From Macrostomum lignano (Eukaryota): a stretch of 64,000 nucleotides of DNA. Made by a program: the position numbers and the translations under genes. The stretch covers positions 1 to 64,000 of the forward strand of contig NIVC01003047.1 of assembly GCA_002269645.1 (NCBI GenBank), in the 5' to 3' direction. Under the pieces are notes generated by a model, which did not search any database, was not told the origin of the DNA, and worked only from the letters and a program-made list of their open reading frames with translations. This document shows positions 23,823-37,126 of the stretch, in pieces (position 1 is the first letter of the stretch; each line of letters starts with the position of its first letter).

Positions 23823-24934
23823 TGATAAAAAGAACTATTTTGTAAAAGAAATCCAGCCAACACAGTACTTTTATTAAATACAATTTTCCGGTTAGCACAC
23901 ATCCACCAAACGTGTGTCACATGGAGCCAATAGACTAATCCTTGTCAGGTTGTCACGCTCCGATGCAGATTTTAAGCAAGACTGTCAGGCTGCCGCAAAG
24001 CAACTGTACTACGAGTAGTAGGTAGGCTTTATATTAATGTTGCCGTGGCTAGCTAACAGATTGTACTTTAATAATCCATTATGTCAATTTTGATCCTTAG
24101 TGAAATGCAGACGGACGGAAGCTCGGCATCCAGCGACGTGTGTTTTATAAAGTGAAATTTTGCTTTCCATAATTCGCGCTTGATCAGCTTGACTTCCGAA
24201 AGTTTCAGAAGCTTTAATGGTCGATACGTAAAATTAAAAAATCTCAAGTTCATAATTTACCGAAGCTTCAATCGAACCGTGAAGAATTCTGAAATTTTAA
24301 GTCCGAGCTTTAAACTTCCGAAACTTCACTGAATCCAAGGACTACTATAGATTATAACCTTCCAGTGGTCCTTGACCGTGTCATCAAGATGCCGAAACTT
24401 CACAGTTCGTAAGCATCAAACTCAAAGCGTGATATTGTAATATATTGAAAAAATTTCCACTTCTCAAAATTCTAAATCTAAACACATTTGTGACACGACC
24501 TAGCTATTTGTCTCTTTCACAATTAAAGACTCTGTGTGATATACTCGTACCTAAGGTACTCTCTGCAATCAGTAGAAGGATTTGAACTGGCTCTGTTACT
24601 GCCACGTCCATGAAATGAAAATACACATCCTACATGCATATATGGAGACATAATGCATTACTACAGAATTGGACAGAAAAACGAACGATCGGCTCCCTGA
24701 TGCCCTCAAATAGGGGGTCACAATTTAGTTTAAAACCCTTATTGCGCAGGACTGTAAGTACAGTGCTAAATATATATATATATATCTCCAAAATGATGTA
24801 CAGTGCCTAAAGAATGCCACCGGGAGCATTTCTGAAGATAAAAGTCGACGGCATTTAAGAGTCGGACGCCAGGCAGTTCCATAAAGCATCGCGCGAGTTT
24901 GTTTTAATACTATTGAACGGATTATAAAGTCAGA

Positions 24935-25237
24935 ATGAAGCGAGAAACGATTGCCTTGACTAGAATATTCGGACTTCTTCTGTTCTCAGTGGCCGCCTTG
25001 TCTGCCCCAACGCAGCTCAGCGAGGACCTGCGGGCGTACAACACAGAGGAGGAGCCGGCAATGGACAGCCTGGACCAGGAGGACGACCTGTCAGAAGCCC
25101 CGTAGGACGAAGACAATGAGCCACCGGCAGGCCAGGAAGAGGCCGACGACAGCGAAGAGAATAATTCGGAGAAGTATAGAGGGTACAGCTTCAGGAAGAA
25201 CCGACTGGCACGCTTCAAGGGCTACTCGCCTTCCTGA
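24935..25237 (+). pseudogene. Single-exon secreted prepropeptide-like ORF (100 codons) with an in-frame TAG at codon 57
   Basis: MKRETIALTRIFGLLLFSVAALSAP (signal-like), then acidic spacer ...DLSEAP*DEDNEPPAGQEEADDSEENNSE, then basic tail KYRGYSFRKNRLARFKGYSPS. TAG at 25103-25105; acidic composition continues on both sides of it. Confidence 0.6.
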
Positions 25238-26582
25238 GCAGGGACATCCTTACAAAGGTTGAAACTTTGACATTTTATTACTTTAGCGTACAAAAATGGT
25301 GTGTCACGAATATGCAGAACAACCGAATAAGTTAAAATGCCCGCTTCTATGAATAGTACTGTTGCTATATTAACGTACTTTTCAAAACTCAACCAGCAAC
25401 TACAATTTCTGCACATGCTCAGTAGTAGTATGTACCTAGTGATGAAGCACATACGGGCTAATTCTAAGAGTATGAGTAATGCATACTGATCAATAAAACA
25501 AATTTACTTTATTTTGTCAAGCTAATTAATATCATAGATATAATATACCATTCTTTATACAACCAAAACGCTCATAAGGAGCAGTTATTCGTTAAACTTC
25601 GATTCGAATTCCAATCTGATATTAAATGTACTTTTAAACGAATAACCATAAGGAAAATTTTTGCGTCATCAAACACCTATGTACATTATTTTCTCTCCGC
25701 TGTATACATGTACAATTGTACATCAGTTGTGCCATCGGCATCAATCCGTCATGCCCTGCCGGCGCAGTGCGATTTTTTGCTCAAATTGAAGACGGCTTGG
25801 TCCTCTCTGCAAAGCAAAACAAAATGGCACTGTTTCCAGATAGTTGTGAAACTTGTGTCTAGTGAACTGCTTCCTTGCCTTTGCCTTCGTGCGCACTGTA
25901 CGTACAATTTGCAACAGAATATAGTAACAATTTAGCTTTAGCCTACCCCACAGGCCCACAGTACAACAACACATACATAGCTCGCAACTTCGGCAATACT
26001 GAAGCCCACGAAGCCGCTTGTTTTGCATTTGCTCTGTCTTGCGCTGGTCCGTGGATCCGGTTGAAATTGAAATGCAAAAACCGCATAGATTCAGGGCTTT
26101 GGGCTGGGCACCTCCAGGCAACGTACCAGAGTTGGAAAGTGGAATTGGAACTAAACTGCATGTCCAAGGGCATTTCGGGGGGTCGGGGGTTGGAAAGTCT
26201 CGGCTCCTGCAATGTACAGTGACAATGTACATTAGCCGAGTAAAAAATTGGAAGCTGTTTGTCCCTTTCTCTCCCCCGCCAGTCCCGCCGGGGCCCAAAT
26301 CCAAACATTAACCAACCCCACAGTAAATTTAAAGCGTTCGTTCACCTTGCCCAGTGAAGAGGGTTTGTTTTCCCGCGCCGCTCATTGAACTGGGGGAGGG
26401 GGTGGTGTTACCCAAGTTGGGTACCCCATTCCCCCTGTATAAAACTATTTGCCAAAAGCTTCCTTTCGTATATGCAAGCCGGTCCTCTGCTCTCTTTTGT
26501 CTAAATTCTTTTCTGGCGTTATTAAAAACGATTTAATTTGCACTAAGGTCGCTTTTAATAGTAAACTCAATAATATTACACT

Positions 26583-27290
26583 ATGGCTGTACAAAGGTTT
26601 GCAATCTTGATTGCACTGATGGCCTGCTTTTGCTATTATGGTGAGAAAACTGACTTATTCGTTTGAAAAGTCTAAATCTGAAGAGCCCCATGCAAATCCC
26701 CATAGTCAATTTTTTGGTTTTTGGCTAGGCTAATTATTAAGGCGATCCTTAAATTATTGGAATTGTAATTTTATTAATATTTTACAGCTAGCGGCCTGCG
26801 TTGCTACATCTGCAATAGCCTGAACGACAAAGCATGTGATGGCGATAGTCTGGATAAGAAATTCCTCATCAACTGCAGTCTGGGCCGCAACGACGGCAGC
26901 GGGCCCAGCGCATTCAAGCCGGTGCCAAACGCCAAAGTCTGCTGGAAGCAGAGGCAAGACGGTAAGGCTGTGTCGTACACAGAAAGATACAAAATACATT
27001 GTGTGTACGACATTGTGTGGATTGCTAACACTTGCTTTTTGATTTTTATATACTTTTTCTTCAACTTTCCAGTGGAAGGCCGGATCATTGTGGATCGAAT
27101 GTGTGGCCAAGAGTTGGAGAGCGGCAACGTCAACACCTGCTACGACCGGGTTGGCACCAAGAAGGTCAAGGTGCGCTACTGCGTCTGCGACAAAGACGAG
27201 TGCAACGGTTCGGGCTCGGTCGGCGGCTCTTCGATCGGAGTTGCGCTGGCTCTGCTTGCAGCCTTCCTGGCCGCGCCTTGGGGCCTCTGA
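26583..27290 (+). CDS. Ly6/uPAR three-finger GPI-anchored protein (quiver/sleepless-like), 149 aa
   Basis: Exons 26583-26640 (signal peptide MAVQRFAILIALMACFCYY), 26788-26961, 27073-27290. Ten Cys from LRCYIC to YCVC-DKDECN, followed by a small-residue omega region and hydrophobic tail. Confidence 0.9.
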
Positions 27291-29201
27291 GCATGAGCTG
27301 CTGCGCTAGCATTGAAGGTTTCAACTTGATTCTTGAAGCAATTCAAGTTCCAGTAGTAGTGCACATCAATTCTTAACTACGTTTACGAATTGCAATCTTA
27401 GTTTATTGGCTATTTATATTGTGCTACTATTATAGTTTATTACTATACAATTTATACCTTATAGCAATAGCAAGGCTTCTGTTTCATTTTCCAAAATCGT
27501 CACATTTGCATCATTTAGCGTGAGAATACATACTAGTGTAATACACAGCTTGATCCATCTAGTTATAAAGCTTTGGCGAATTCTCATCTCATACCCTCCC
27601 TAGCCCGCGCTGTGTACATCTAGAGCAAAGTACATTTCCTTATCGCCCACTTGTGTGTACATTAAGGAAACAACCACCCCATTCGCACCCAAAGATAATC
27701 AATAAGTACACAACCTTTATCTTAGCTTAGCAATTCATAACTCCATTCAACTAATTATAGTTAAAAAAATATTGAATATAAAAACCTTAGCACTCATTAA
27801 GCAGGCCATAAATTGAAAATAAATGTTCCGTTTTTAACCATTTTAAGTGAATTTGTTCGCTTGCAGAGCAGTGTCTGCATTTAACAGCTTTTTGAAAAAT
27901 GAAATTGAAAAAATAAATTTAATTATCGAAATCAACCTCAATGAAACTGAGAGACAATTCGAACTAATGTTTTCTTATATCCCTGCTATAAAATCTTTGG
28001 TCATTAGCATTGTGTTTGTTTATTGTACTTGTACAGATAACATATAAACTGAATTGAGTCATCATTGAAAAAAAACTATATCAGAAGTTTGTAAAATCAA
28101 ACCAATAGACTAATGCAGTGCAAGCAGATTATAACATGTGTATAATTAGCCAGTACAGGCAATGCAGATTAATTCACAGCAATTATGCCTAATCGATAAA
28201 TTAAATTGAATCAACAATACTTAGGAATACCTTATCTGCAACCCGATATACAATTATGTTTGTTAATAAAGCTTAGTTCTGTGTGTGCTTGGTCCAGTCA
28301 CTAATCAACAGCAATAGGTTTTTACTGTTCATACTGTAAGACCATCCATTGCTCTATAATGTAAAAATGGATTGGTTAAAACAAAAGTATCTTAATCCTT
28401 GAAGCCCCTTGTTTTGAATTTTTTGGGTTACTAGTAGTTGTTAAAGCAAAAAAATCTAGTTTGCTTAAAGAGTGTCCACGATTTGATAATCTGAATTTCC
28501 AGTCTTCATATAGATACACTTTTTAAAAACGATATGAAAAATAGAGTAGAGGTATATAAACATATACAAGGCATTTGAAAGTAAAATTTATTCATTGGAA
28601 GACTTCTAAGTGAATTATTGATTCGCAGCCACTTGGCAAGTTTGTTATTTTGAAGTTTCACTATGAGATAAATAAATCCTATTTATCACGGAAGAGACAT
28701 TCAGGCAAAAGGCTGCGCACATTGCACAAATTTAAAATAGCCGCTCTTAAGAAATGAATAAATCAAACTTTAAATAATTAGCTATATATACTCCTTAGAG
28801 AACAAGGGAAAATATCACTTCTACAAAAAAGATGTATAAAACATACTGGCCCTGATAGTGCAGGATTAACATGTTTGGAGTCATTGGGAAAGTCTCTTGG
28901 ATCATGCACAGGCATAAAACGTGGTTCATCATTTTCTGTTGACAATCTGAACTACGGCCACTTATACCTGGACAATGCTTAATTTAGCAGTTTACTTCAC
29001 TATGTGATTCATATTTCACCTGGTTACTGAAGGGACTGCCATCTACTGACGGTACACGTATTGATTACTTGCTCAAAAGTTAACACACCGCTAGATCGAA
29101 TAATTATTAAAGACGCCAACTCAGTCAACATGAGAAGATTTTAAATATTGTTCTGGGCCATTCTCCTGCGTATCCACCACCAGTGAGCTGATGACGAGAG
29201 T

Positions 29202-32200
29202 CTAACTGGTCTGGAGGCTGGCGGCGGCCTGGGCAGAAAGTTGCATCAGGCACCTGGACAGGTACTCAATGGGATCGCTGGGTCGCTTGTTGGCCACCTC
29301 CGTCAGGGCTGTCGTCAGGATGTCGTCTGGAGTGCCGGCACAATTTGCGATCAATAATGATTTTGGGTGTTTGCAGGGTGCGTATGGGGTCGGGTTTTGG
29401 TATATATGAATATTAATACCAGAATAAGAAAAAAATTATTGGTTCGATTGTTCAGGTTGAAGTTCTTGTATAGCTAGCTCTGATATACATGTGCAGTATA
29501 AGACAAAATGCAAATAGGACTCACTGAGTCGCCGTAGGTAGTCGGCATCGGTTGCGGTGGCGGCTTCACCGTCCGCAAGCTTGGCCGTGCCTACTGACTG
29601 GTCAGCAGTCAGCCGGGCCAGCGTGTCCTTTGCCGACGCGGATCCTGGCGGGATGCGGTACAGCTGGACCGGGTGGTAGCGCAGCAGGATGGCCATGTAC
29701 TTGGCCGACGGCACCAGCAGCATGAAGGGCTCAGTCTCGAACAGATAATTGAACACCTGCTGGCCATCCGCTACCCGATAGGCCTGTAAAATATTTTTGT
29801 GCAGCTGAAGGCTAGGCTGAACGCGAATCATTTAGCAATACAACTTTTACCATGTCTATACGATGAGGGCCAACCCCCAAGGCACCCAGAGTGTACATGC
29901 CTGACGATTAGAAAGTCTGGGTCGCTGTACACCCTGCGTGTGTACGAGTGCGTGCCTGTGTACAGTACTGGCGCGCTTGTGTGCGCTCAGGTAAGCGGAA
30001 TGGGCAGTAGAATTGCCTCACCGCTGCTTGTAGGACGATGTCGCCGAAGGCTTTGCGCAAGGGTGCCCGCAATCCTCCAGCGAATATTTATATATTTTAA
30101 TGTACACCAAACTTACGGTTGAGGTTTATTAAGGCATATCATTTCAATAGAATATTATTACGATTGGCTTTCCAAATCGATAACCCGGATCCAAATTCGA
30201 TTGCTTCAGCGAAAAAAAACTCAGCGTACCTGCACAGTTTTTGGTGGGTCAACAAACTCGTCCAGGCCGGAATTGTCCCCGGATGTGATTTTGATCCTGC
30301 GAGCTGGCTTGTACAGCTTGCCCACCAGCAGCTCGCTGTCCGGACTCAGCACCATCTCATACAGGATGATGGATTGGTCCGGCTTCAGATCTTTGACAAG
30401 CAGCCCTGTTTCAATGTTGAAGATCTTCAACCGATAGGTGACGCAGTGCATGCCATCGGGCAGAAGATAGAGCACCCCGGCGTCGAATGTTCGACTAAGC
30501 GACAGAGTCTTGTAGCTGGACGCATCGACCACCATGAGGCGTCCCGGCCAGGCCATGCAGTTGCGCCGAAAGGCCTCGCGGTAAGTGTTCACTGAGCCGC
30601 TCATGAGCTGCAGCACCAGTTGTCCCGGCCTGCCAGGTCGCATATGAAGCAGCCGCGGCCTGCAGGTGTGCGAGCTCTCGATGACGACGCTGATGGACAA
30701 GTCGACGTCCAGCTCGTGGAGCAGCGACTCCGCCGACATGTCCTCACCCAGGTAGGACTCGAGTTCGCGCAGGATCGCACCGTTCGACATGTGAAAAGCA
30801 ACTGAAGCGCGGCAGCGGGCTGTCAGTGTTTCGATGAACTGCTGCAGTATTGGCAAGTACTGATAAACCTTTTCTTTGCCGCTATTCACCAGGTACTGAC
30901 ACACCTGCCTGGCCTCTGCGAAAACCTGCGCAATAAAATACTTGCGAGTGGAATCATGGAACTTAAAAAACGATGGTTCGGACTACCTTGTAATTTCACA
31001 GAACTGAAAAAATAACACCTATTTGTAGCAGTTTGCCACTGATCTACAGTTATATCGAAGCTCTTAAATAAATGTATGGACGCCCCTTATAAGTTTGCTG
31101 CATTGCAAAAAAATGCACTTTTCTCTCTTACCTGCAATGCGACCTCGCGCCGAGCCTGGCCAACAAACTCATCTCCAACAGTTGGTACAGGCCACGTTTT
31201 AATCCGCTGGACCTTCCGACCTAGCAGATCCAGGCAGAGTAGATAGTCCGACAGGTCAGGTGACTCGGTTGACCGTCCGTCAAGCACGTCAGAAAGGCGG
31301 GGTGCCTGCAAATTGCCGGGGCCTCGAACCAGAAGGTGCATTCGCGGTCCGTCTATTGCGGCGCTGACCGAAGGCGGTGTGGCCGGTAGCCAAGGCTGGT
31401 CACAGCCGTGCATGAAGTAGCCGACAGGGAAGGGGCGAACAGCAGGATGCGAGACAATGGCAAGGTGCAAGTCAGGATTCCCTAACAGATCCCTCAGGGT
31501 GCGCATTGAGCGACTGCGATCCTTTTCAGGTGGCAACTGCAGCGACTCCGGCACCTCAAAGCTGACGGGCGCCGTCGGTTGGGAAGCCAGGCGCATGACA
31601 AAAAGAAGATAGCGCGGAAGCAGTCGCAAAAACAGGCCGTGCTGCTGCAGATCCGGGAAGTTGCACAGCTGGTTGAGCTTAGAGTTCCAGGCCTCCTTAA
31701 ATCGCGACATTGCGGCTAAAACTTCGGCATCATATCCATCAACTTTGCCGTCCGGAAGAGGCTCGCGGAGCTTGGCATCTCTAGCGCCTGTGCCACCAAG
31801 GTCGGTGCAGTACATAACGCCTCCTTGAAGCCGCTTGTCGAAGTAGCCACTCCACAATGCCTGCTCGCGTGGGTCGAAAACAAAATCTGCTCGCCTCTCC
31901 TCTTTCTTTGTCACGAAATTGCTTTCGAATTCGGACAGCTGGCCGGCCAGCTTGTTGAGGTTGAAAACCTTCAGCTGGACAGTAGACGCGTTGGCGCCGG
32001 CCTCTGGCATTGTGTTAATCACTAGATAGTCCGTGCCGTATGGCTGTCCCAGCATGATGTAGTCCGAAACGCCTCGCAAAGCCAGCAGAAAGCTGCCATC
32101 CTTGGCAGACCAGACGTTAAACGTAAAGTAGGCCTTGGCCTTCACCAGCAGCAGCGAGCCATCGTCGCTAATGTGCACCGGGCAATTCAGCACCGTGTGA

Positions 32201-35200
32201 ATCTCTGCGTTTGTATCCAGTTCGTAAGACTTGTCCAGCACACGATGATAAGCGACTGGAACCGTCTGTGGAAAATTATAATTTTATATGTTTTCAAATT
32301 TGTAAATACGCTTCTCAGTTAGCAATTAAACTCACCCGCGCAGCCTCCGGATACCACAAGAATCCAACACAGTCACCGAGCGGCTCCGACAGCATGACAA
32401 CAGCAACAGAAGCCGTCCTCGATAGGCTAGTCATGAACGGCTTGTTGACGGCCGCCTCCAACTCCAGCTCGTGTCGAGCTCGACGCTCAACCTTGGGATC
32501 CAGATCAAATAGGTAGAAAGTGAACAGCGCACCTCCTGGACTCAAGGTCACCAAGAAGAGGCACTCTCCATCGTCAAAGAAACTGGTGTTCTCGCTGGTC
32601 AGCTCGTGGGCCGCCAGACCTTGCCCGGAGCAATCTAGTTCGGTTTCTTCGAATGTGTCCAGGTCCACCACCCTTGGCGTCAGTGGTTCGTCCGAAGTTT
32701 CTTCGCCCTCCGAGATGCGGTGGCCTATGTAGAACAGGCACCGATCATTGATGAGGCTTTGCCCCAGCTGCATCGGCCAGGAGCGGAACAGGAAGTGGCG
32801 AAGCGGCTCCGATTTTAGCAAGCAATACGTGATTGGCATAGTGGCGTAGAAAGTCTTTGCAAAGATCATGTGCCCCTCGGTGGCTTCCAAGCAGCCGCTG
32901 CCCGACTTGGCGAAGTACTGCAGCGGCAGCGAATCAGGCAGGCTAGGCATGAGAACCTTCCAGGCACCGGTGCGCATGTTTGCCCGCAACAGCTGGAACT
33001 GCCCGGGCGCAACCTCCTCGACTGTGCAGAAGCAGCCGCTTGTGGGCAGAACAGCCACGAATCGAATGTGCGATGCTGCAGGCCGCTCGGAAACCACAGT
33101 CTTTAGCTCGGACCCCTCATGGTCGTACCAAGTGACGGTGTTGTTTTGCAGAGACACTGCGTATATCTTGCCATCTTCACACAGGTTGCCAATGGACAGG
33201 CGTACCTTCAGAATGAATTAAGTTGACAAGTTACATAGCCAGCGAGGTTTTCCCTCAAATGATATCTACGTGCGCCTTAAGATAGTGACGGCCTGACTTA
33301 CCTGCACAGTGCAGTGCGTGTATCCACTACCAGTGTCCAGGCAATTATTAACAGGCAGTAGCAGGGGACTGTCCTTCTTGCATGCCTCAAGCAGGTCGCT
33401 AATGCGTCTGGATCTAGCAGCGAATGGCTGCAAGCGGCCGCAGAGGTCCACAGGCAAACTCAGCGGACTGTGGCTCAGGCTGTACGCTGAGATGCGCAAC
33501 GCGTTGTAGATCCGAGTGAGGTCGAGCTCATTCTGTTCACTGCCGCGCTCCTTCTTCTTGAGGTCGAAGAACAGATGCAAGTCCATTAGCAGCTGATGGC
33601 GCCGGCTGGAGGCCAACTTGGACTGCAGATGATCCAGGTTAAAGGCAACGTGCTCGAGAAAGTCCACAACTCGGCCACTCCTGATGAAGTGCCTCGGTAG
33701 CTGGTTGATGCGGCGCAGGTTGTAGTACGGCTTGTCACTCTCGACTCGAAGAACAAACGGCTGCGCTGGGACCTGCCTATCTGCGGCCATTGGCACGGGT
33801 AGGCCCTGTAGTAAATGAAATAGTTCGTCTTTACTAATTCTGTCTCACTATAAATAAACACAAAAATATTTTTGAGAATGTTTCCTACTCTGGTGATACT
33901 ACGAGTAGTACGTTCGTACGGGGGTATTCTAAGTTATTTCTAGTCTAGTTATAGCTAAAATAAAGCTTTTGCATTACAAGTGAAACAAAGTTTAACATCG
34001 AAAAAGCTGAAAATTAACGAGGATTGACACAGCGCTCACATCTCGCTCCAATTTGGCCTTGACCCTTTCCGGACATTCAAACGGCTTCTCCCGACCGGCG
34101 GCCCACTCTCCAAAAAAGTAGTCGGCCATTCGCGAATGAATAATCCTGTTGTGCTCTGGATCGCTGAGGTAGAGCTTTTGAGCCACCTCCCAGAATTGTC
34201 TGTGGTACCAGAATAGCACAGTGACACCGTCGGCTTCGCGCTCAACCAGGTAGTCGTCGATCTGTTGTCGAATGCGGGTCCAAGCCAACGGTGGCACGCG
34301 AATGAACGGCGGCAAGTGGTGCGTGAACACCTCTCGCAGGACGTCGTCATCTAGCGACAGGAGGTCCTCAATCTCTGCCTCGCTCAGACCGGTTCGGGAT
34401 GCTGTCACGTAGGATAGCGCGTTTCGTACAAGCACCTCGCCGTACCGAGTGCCAAGTTGGCTAAGCAACAGCCGAATCGCTCCTTCAACAGTCGGTTCCA
34501 GCACTGTTTTGTCTAGCGGGGTGTACGAACTCCATCGTCGCGCCTGACGGAACACCAGGCCAATGTAGATAGGCAAAGAGCAGCTTGCAAATGCCGTTCG
34601 AAGCGCGTCCCACTGAGGCTCCGTAAGACGGCGCTTTGACTTTTCCAGCCGCGCCCTGGTGATTTCCTCGCACAATGCTGGCTCCAGCGGTGGAACATCC
34701 ATTACTCGGTCCGGTAGCAGCTGAAGAAAATTCTCCCTAATACCGTGCAGAGTTGGCAGGCAGCTTAGTATCATCTTGCAGCCTGGAGGCAGCTCGGACC
34801 TAAGCCAAGTGAGCTGGTAGGCGTAGTCGGAAGCATCAAGTTGATCGAGGGAGTCCAGCACAATGATAACACGGCGCGATTTTCCCAGCTGTTGCAGAAA
34901 ATCGTAAAACGTGCTGACCAGCTCTTGGAAGCTGTCCATTCCTGCAACTTGCTGTGCCTCTGTAGAGCCAAGGAACACTGCTAACTGCTGACACAATTGC
35001 TTCACAGTCTGACGAATGCTGCTTGTGGAGGGACTGGTTCCCAAGAAGCGCAGCAATAGTAGAGCCGACGGCTGGTTATCCGGCGGTAGCCAAGAGCGAG
35101 CACTCTTGGCAGCCTTGGCCATGATGGAGGTCTTGCCGCAGCCGGAGCTGCCGCACAGCAGCAGCGGCTGCCTGGAGTCGCCCGTTGTGTAGTCGCGCAG

Positions 35201-37126
35201 CTGGTCAAGAAACTCCTTCCTGCCCTGAAAGTTGGTCACGTAGCGAACGCAGTGATGCGCGTGCTGCAAAACCTCGGCGTACAACGGGTCTGCTTGCAGC
35301 TCCGACCTGCGCTGTCTGAATGTGTCTACGAGACGCCGGACCTGCGGGTGGGTTTTGGTAGGTTTTCATTGTTTATGGGATTAGAATGCCACAAGTTTAT
35401 ATTACTGGATAAGTAGATCAAACCCTCTTCTAACCGTTGAATCGTCAGCATATTTTCTCGGAATCCCCTATGGGAGCTATAGAGATCGAGATAGAGATAG
35501 AGAAATAGAGATCGGTAGAGAAATTTGATTCAGCAACTAATCAAAGCCAAGTGTTTTACAGTCAGTACGATTTTGACTCATAACCATACACAAGCAAGGA
35601 ATCGACTCATACCTGCGTCTCAAAGTCCTTAACTACGCTGTCCAGGTAATCAGCATGAACCTCGGGGCTGATACCTTTTGGAGGCTGCCATGTCAAAGAG
35701 TATTCCGTGACGCCTTTAGGCAGCAGGTCCCGCAGTCGCGATCGCAGTCCGTCCAACGCCTCGGCTGCCTCGGGATCGGCGAATCTTTGCGCCGCTTTGT
35801 CGCCCTCGTCGAGACGCTGCTGAATGTCAGTTATGTCGCGGAAGATGGCAAAGGCAAATGGCTTCAGCTCAGGATGGGCGTCCAGCACGCCCATTTGAAT
35901 CTCTTGGTGCGTAATTGACGTACAGAACCGGATAGCCCCGGCCGACGTCATTGAGCCTTTTGCAACCGCCGCATTTGCAGCGACCTTCAGCGCCTTCTGC
36001 AGCGCGGGACCATCGTGCGGCCAATCGGTCTGTTCGGCCTCGGACTCCAGTGGGCGCAGATTGTACACCGGCGGCCGGCCGTTCTCATCGCGCAGGTACC
36101 ATCGATGCAGCAGGGCCAAGTCATCCGGCCTGTCGGACATGGCAGCCTCGAGTATGCCGGCCTCCTCCTCGGTGAGCCGGTTGGGCGCCTCTTTGCCGCC
36201 GTAGCGATGGCTCAGGATTGTCTATGGGGATCCCGGGGGTGTATTTTGCATCTGTTGCGCTAGTGCTAGCGCTAATCTAGACCATAGCTATTCCTTAAAT
36301 TGGTCGCTCGGCCATTAGAGGGCAAAAAATCGAAAATAAAAACTGTTGCGTTCGCAGTTAGGGAAATCATGAAATATCTGAGTGGACGGCAGGTACGAGC
36401 TATTAGACGTTTAAATTCGAACTCAACTTCGAGTACAAAGGCTGCATGGTTCGCACTTAGGAATTTCAGATGTATTGATACAACCTCGAAAATATGGAGC
36501 TATGCTAATCCTCACCATAAAATGCGGCCCACTAGAGAGGCGCTGACAGTTGAGAATCTCGTTGAAGCACATCTCCGAGGCCTTGTGATCGGAGGACGCC
36601 GCGTCCTGGATGCCCCAGCGCATGTCCACGATCTGAAAGAATCCGTGGTCAAATTATTCTGCTTTGACTGTTTCAATAGGGAAAAAATAAATTCTTATGA
36701 TTTCAATTACGCTTTTACCTGGAATTCTAGGCCATACTGATCACGGTAGAACTCCTTCATCTTGGAGTAAACAGTCTTCATCAGCGCGTTCCGTTCAACC
36801 GCCATGTCTGAAGAAAAGTTAAGAATGCGCTTTGGTCTTGGGTGCTCAAGATACATGATTACCCTCTCTACTCTGCCATTATAGATTCAATCACCTGAGA
36901 AAGTAGAGCTAATGAAAATTCTAATCGATTTTGTGTCCTTCTTTGGCAGCTCATCCAAGTTGCCGCACAGCAAGCGCCGATAGAGATTCTCCCTGCTCTG
37001 CTCCTCGCTGATGAACATGGGCGCCATGACCGCCGCGGCTTTAAATCGGCGAGCCGGATTGCCGTTGGGAGAACGCAGTTGAGGCGCCTTGGGGTTCGTT
37101 TTTGGAGGTCTCGCTAACCGCTTCAT
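29202..37126 (-). CDS. NWD1/NWD2/TEP1-like STAND NTPase: DUF4062-like N-terminus, NACHT, divergent beta-propeller region, C-terminal Dpy-30 motif; 1978 aa
   Basis: Eleven exons in phase without frameshift: 37126-36895, 36807-36719, 36632-36516, 36221-35613, 35341-34040, 33805-33302, 33205-32336, 32265-31132, 30925-30230, 29783-29525, 29326-29202 (5937 nt). Motifs IRIFISSTFSD, VDMRWG, Walker A GSSGCGKT, Walker B VIIVLDSLDQL, LFWYHRQF. Confidence 0.9.
29970..30090. repeat. Dispersed repeat, copy 2 (in intron 9 of the NACHT gene)
   Basis: Aligns by eye to 22822-22950. Confidence 0.8.

Noticed and set aside
25103-25105. Programmed readthrough or pyrrolysine/selenocysteine recoding
   Set aside because: The codon is TAG followed by G, an animal context excludes pyrrolysine, and no SECIS-like element was recognised; mutation or base error is simpler.
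7831-25237. Functional ligand-receptor pairing of the ENaC and the secreted peptide ORF
   Set aside because: Only proximity (~8 kb, with another gene between); the peptide lacks the amidation signal typical of known DEG/ENaC peptide ligands.
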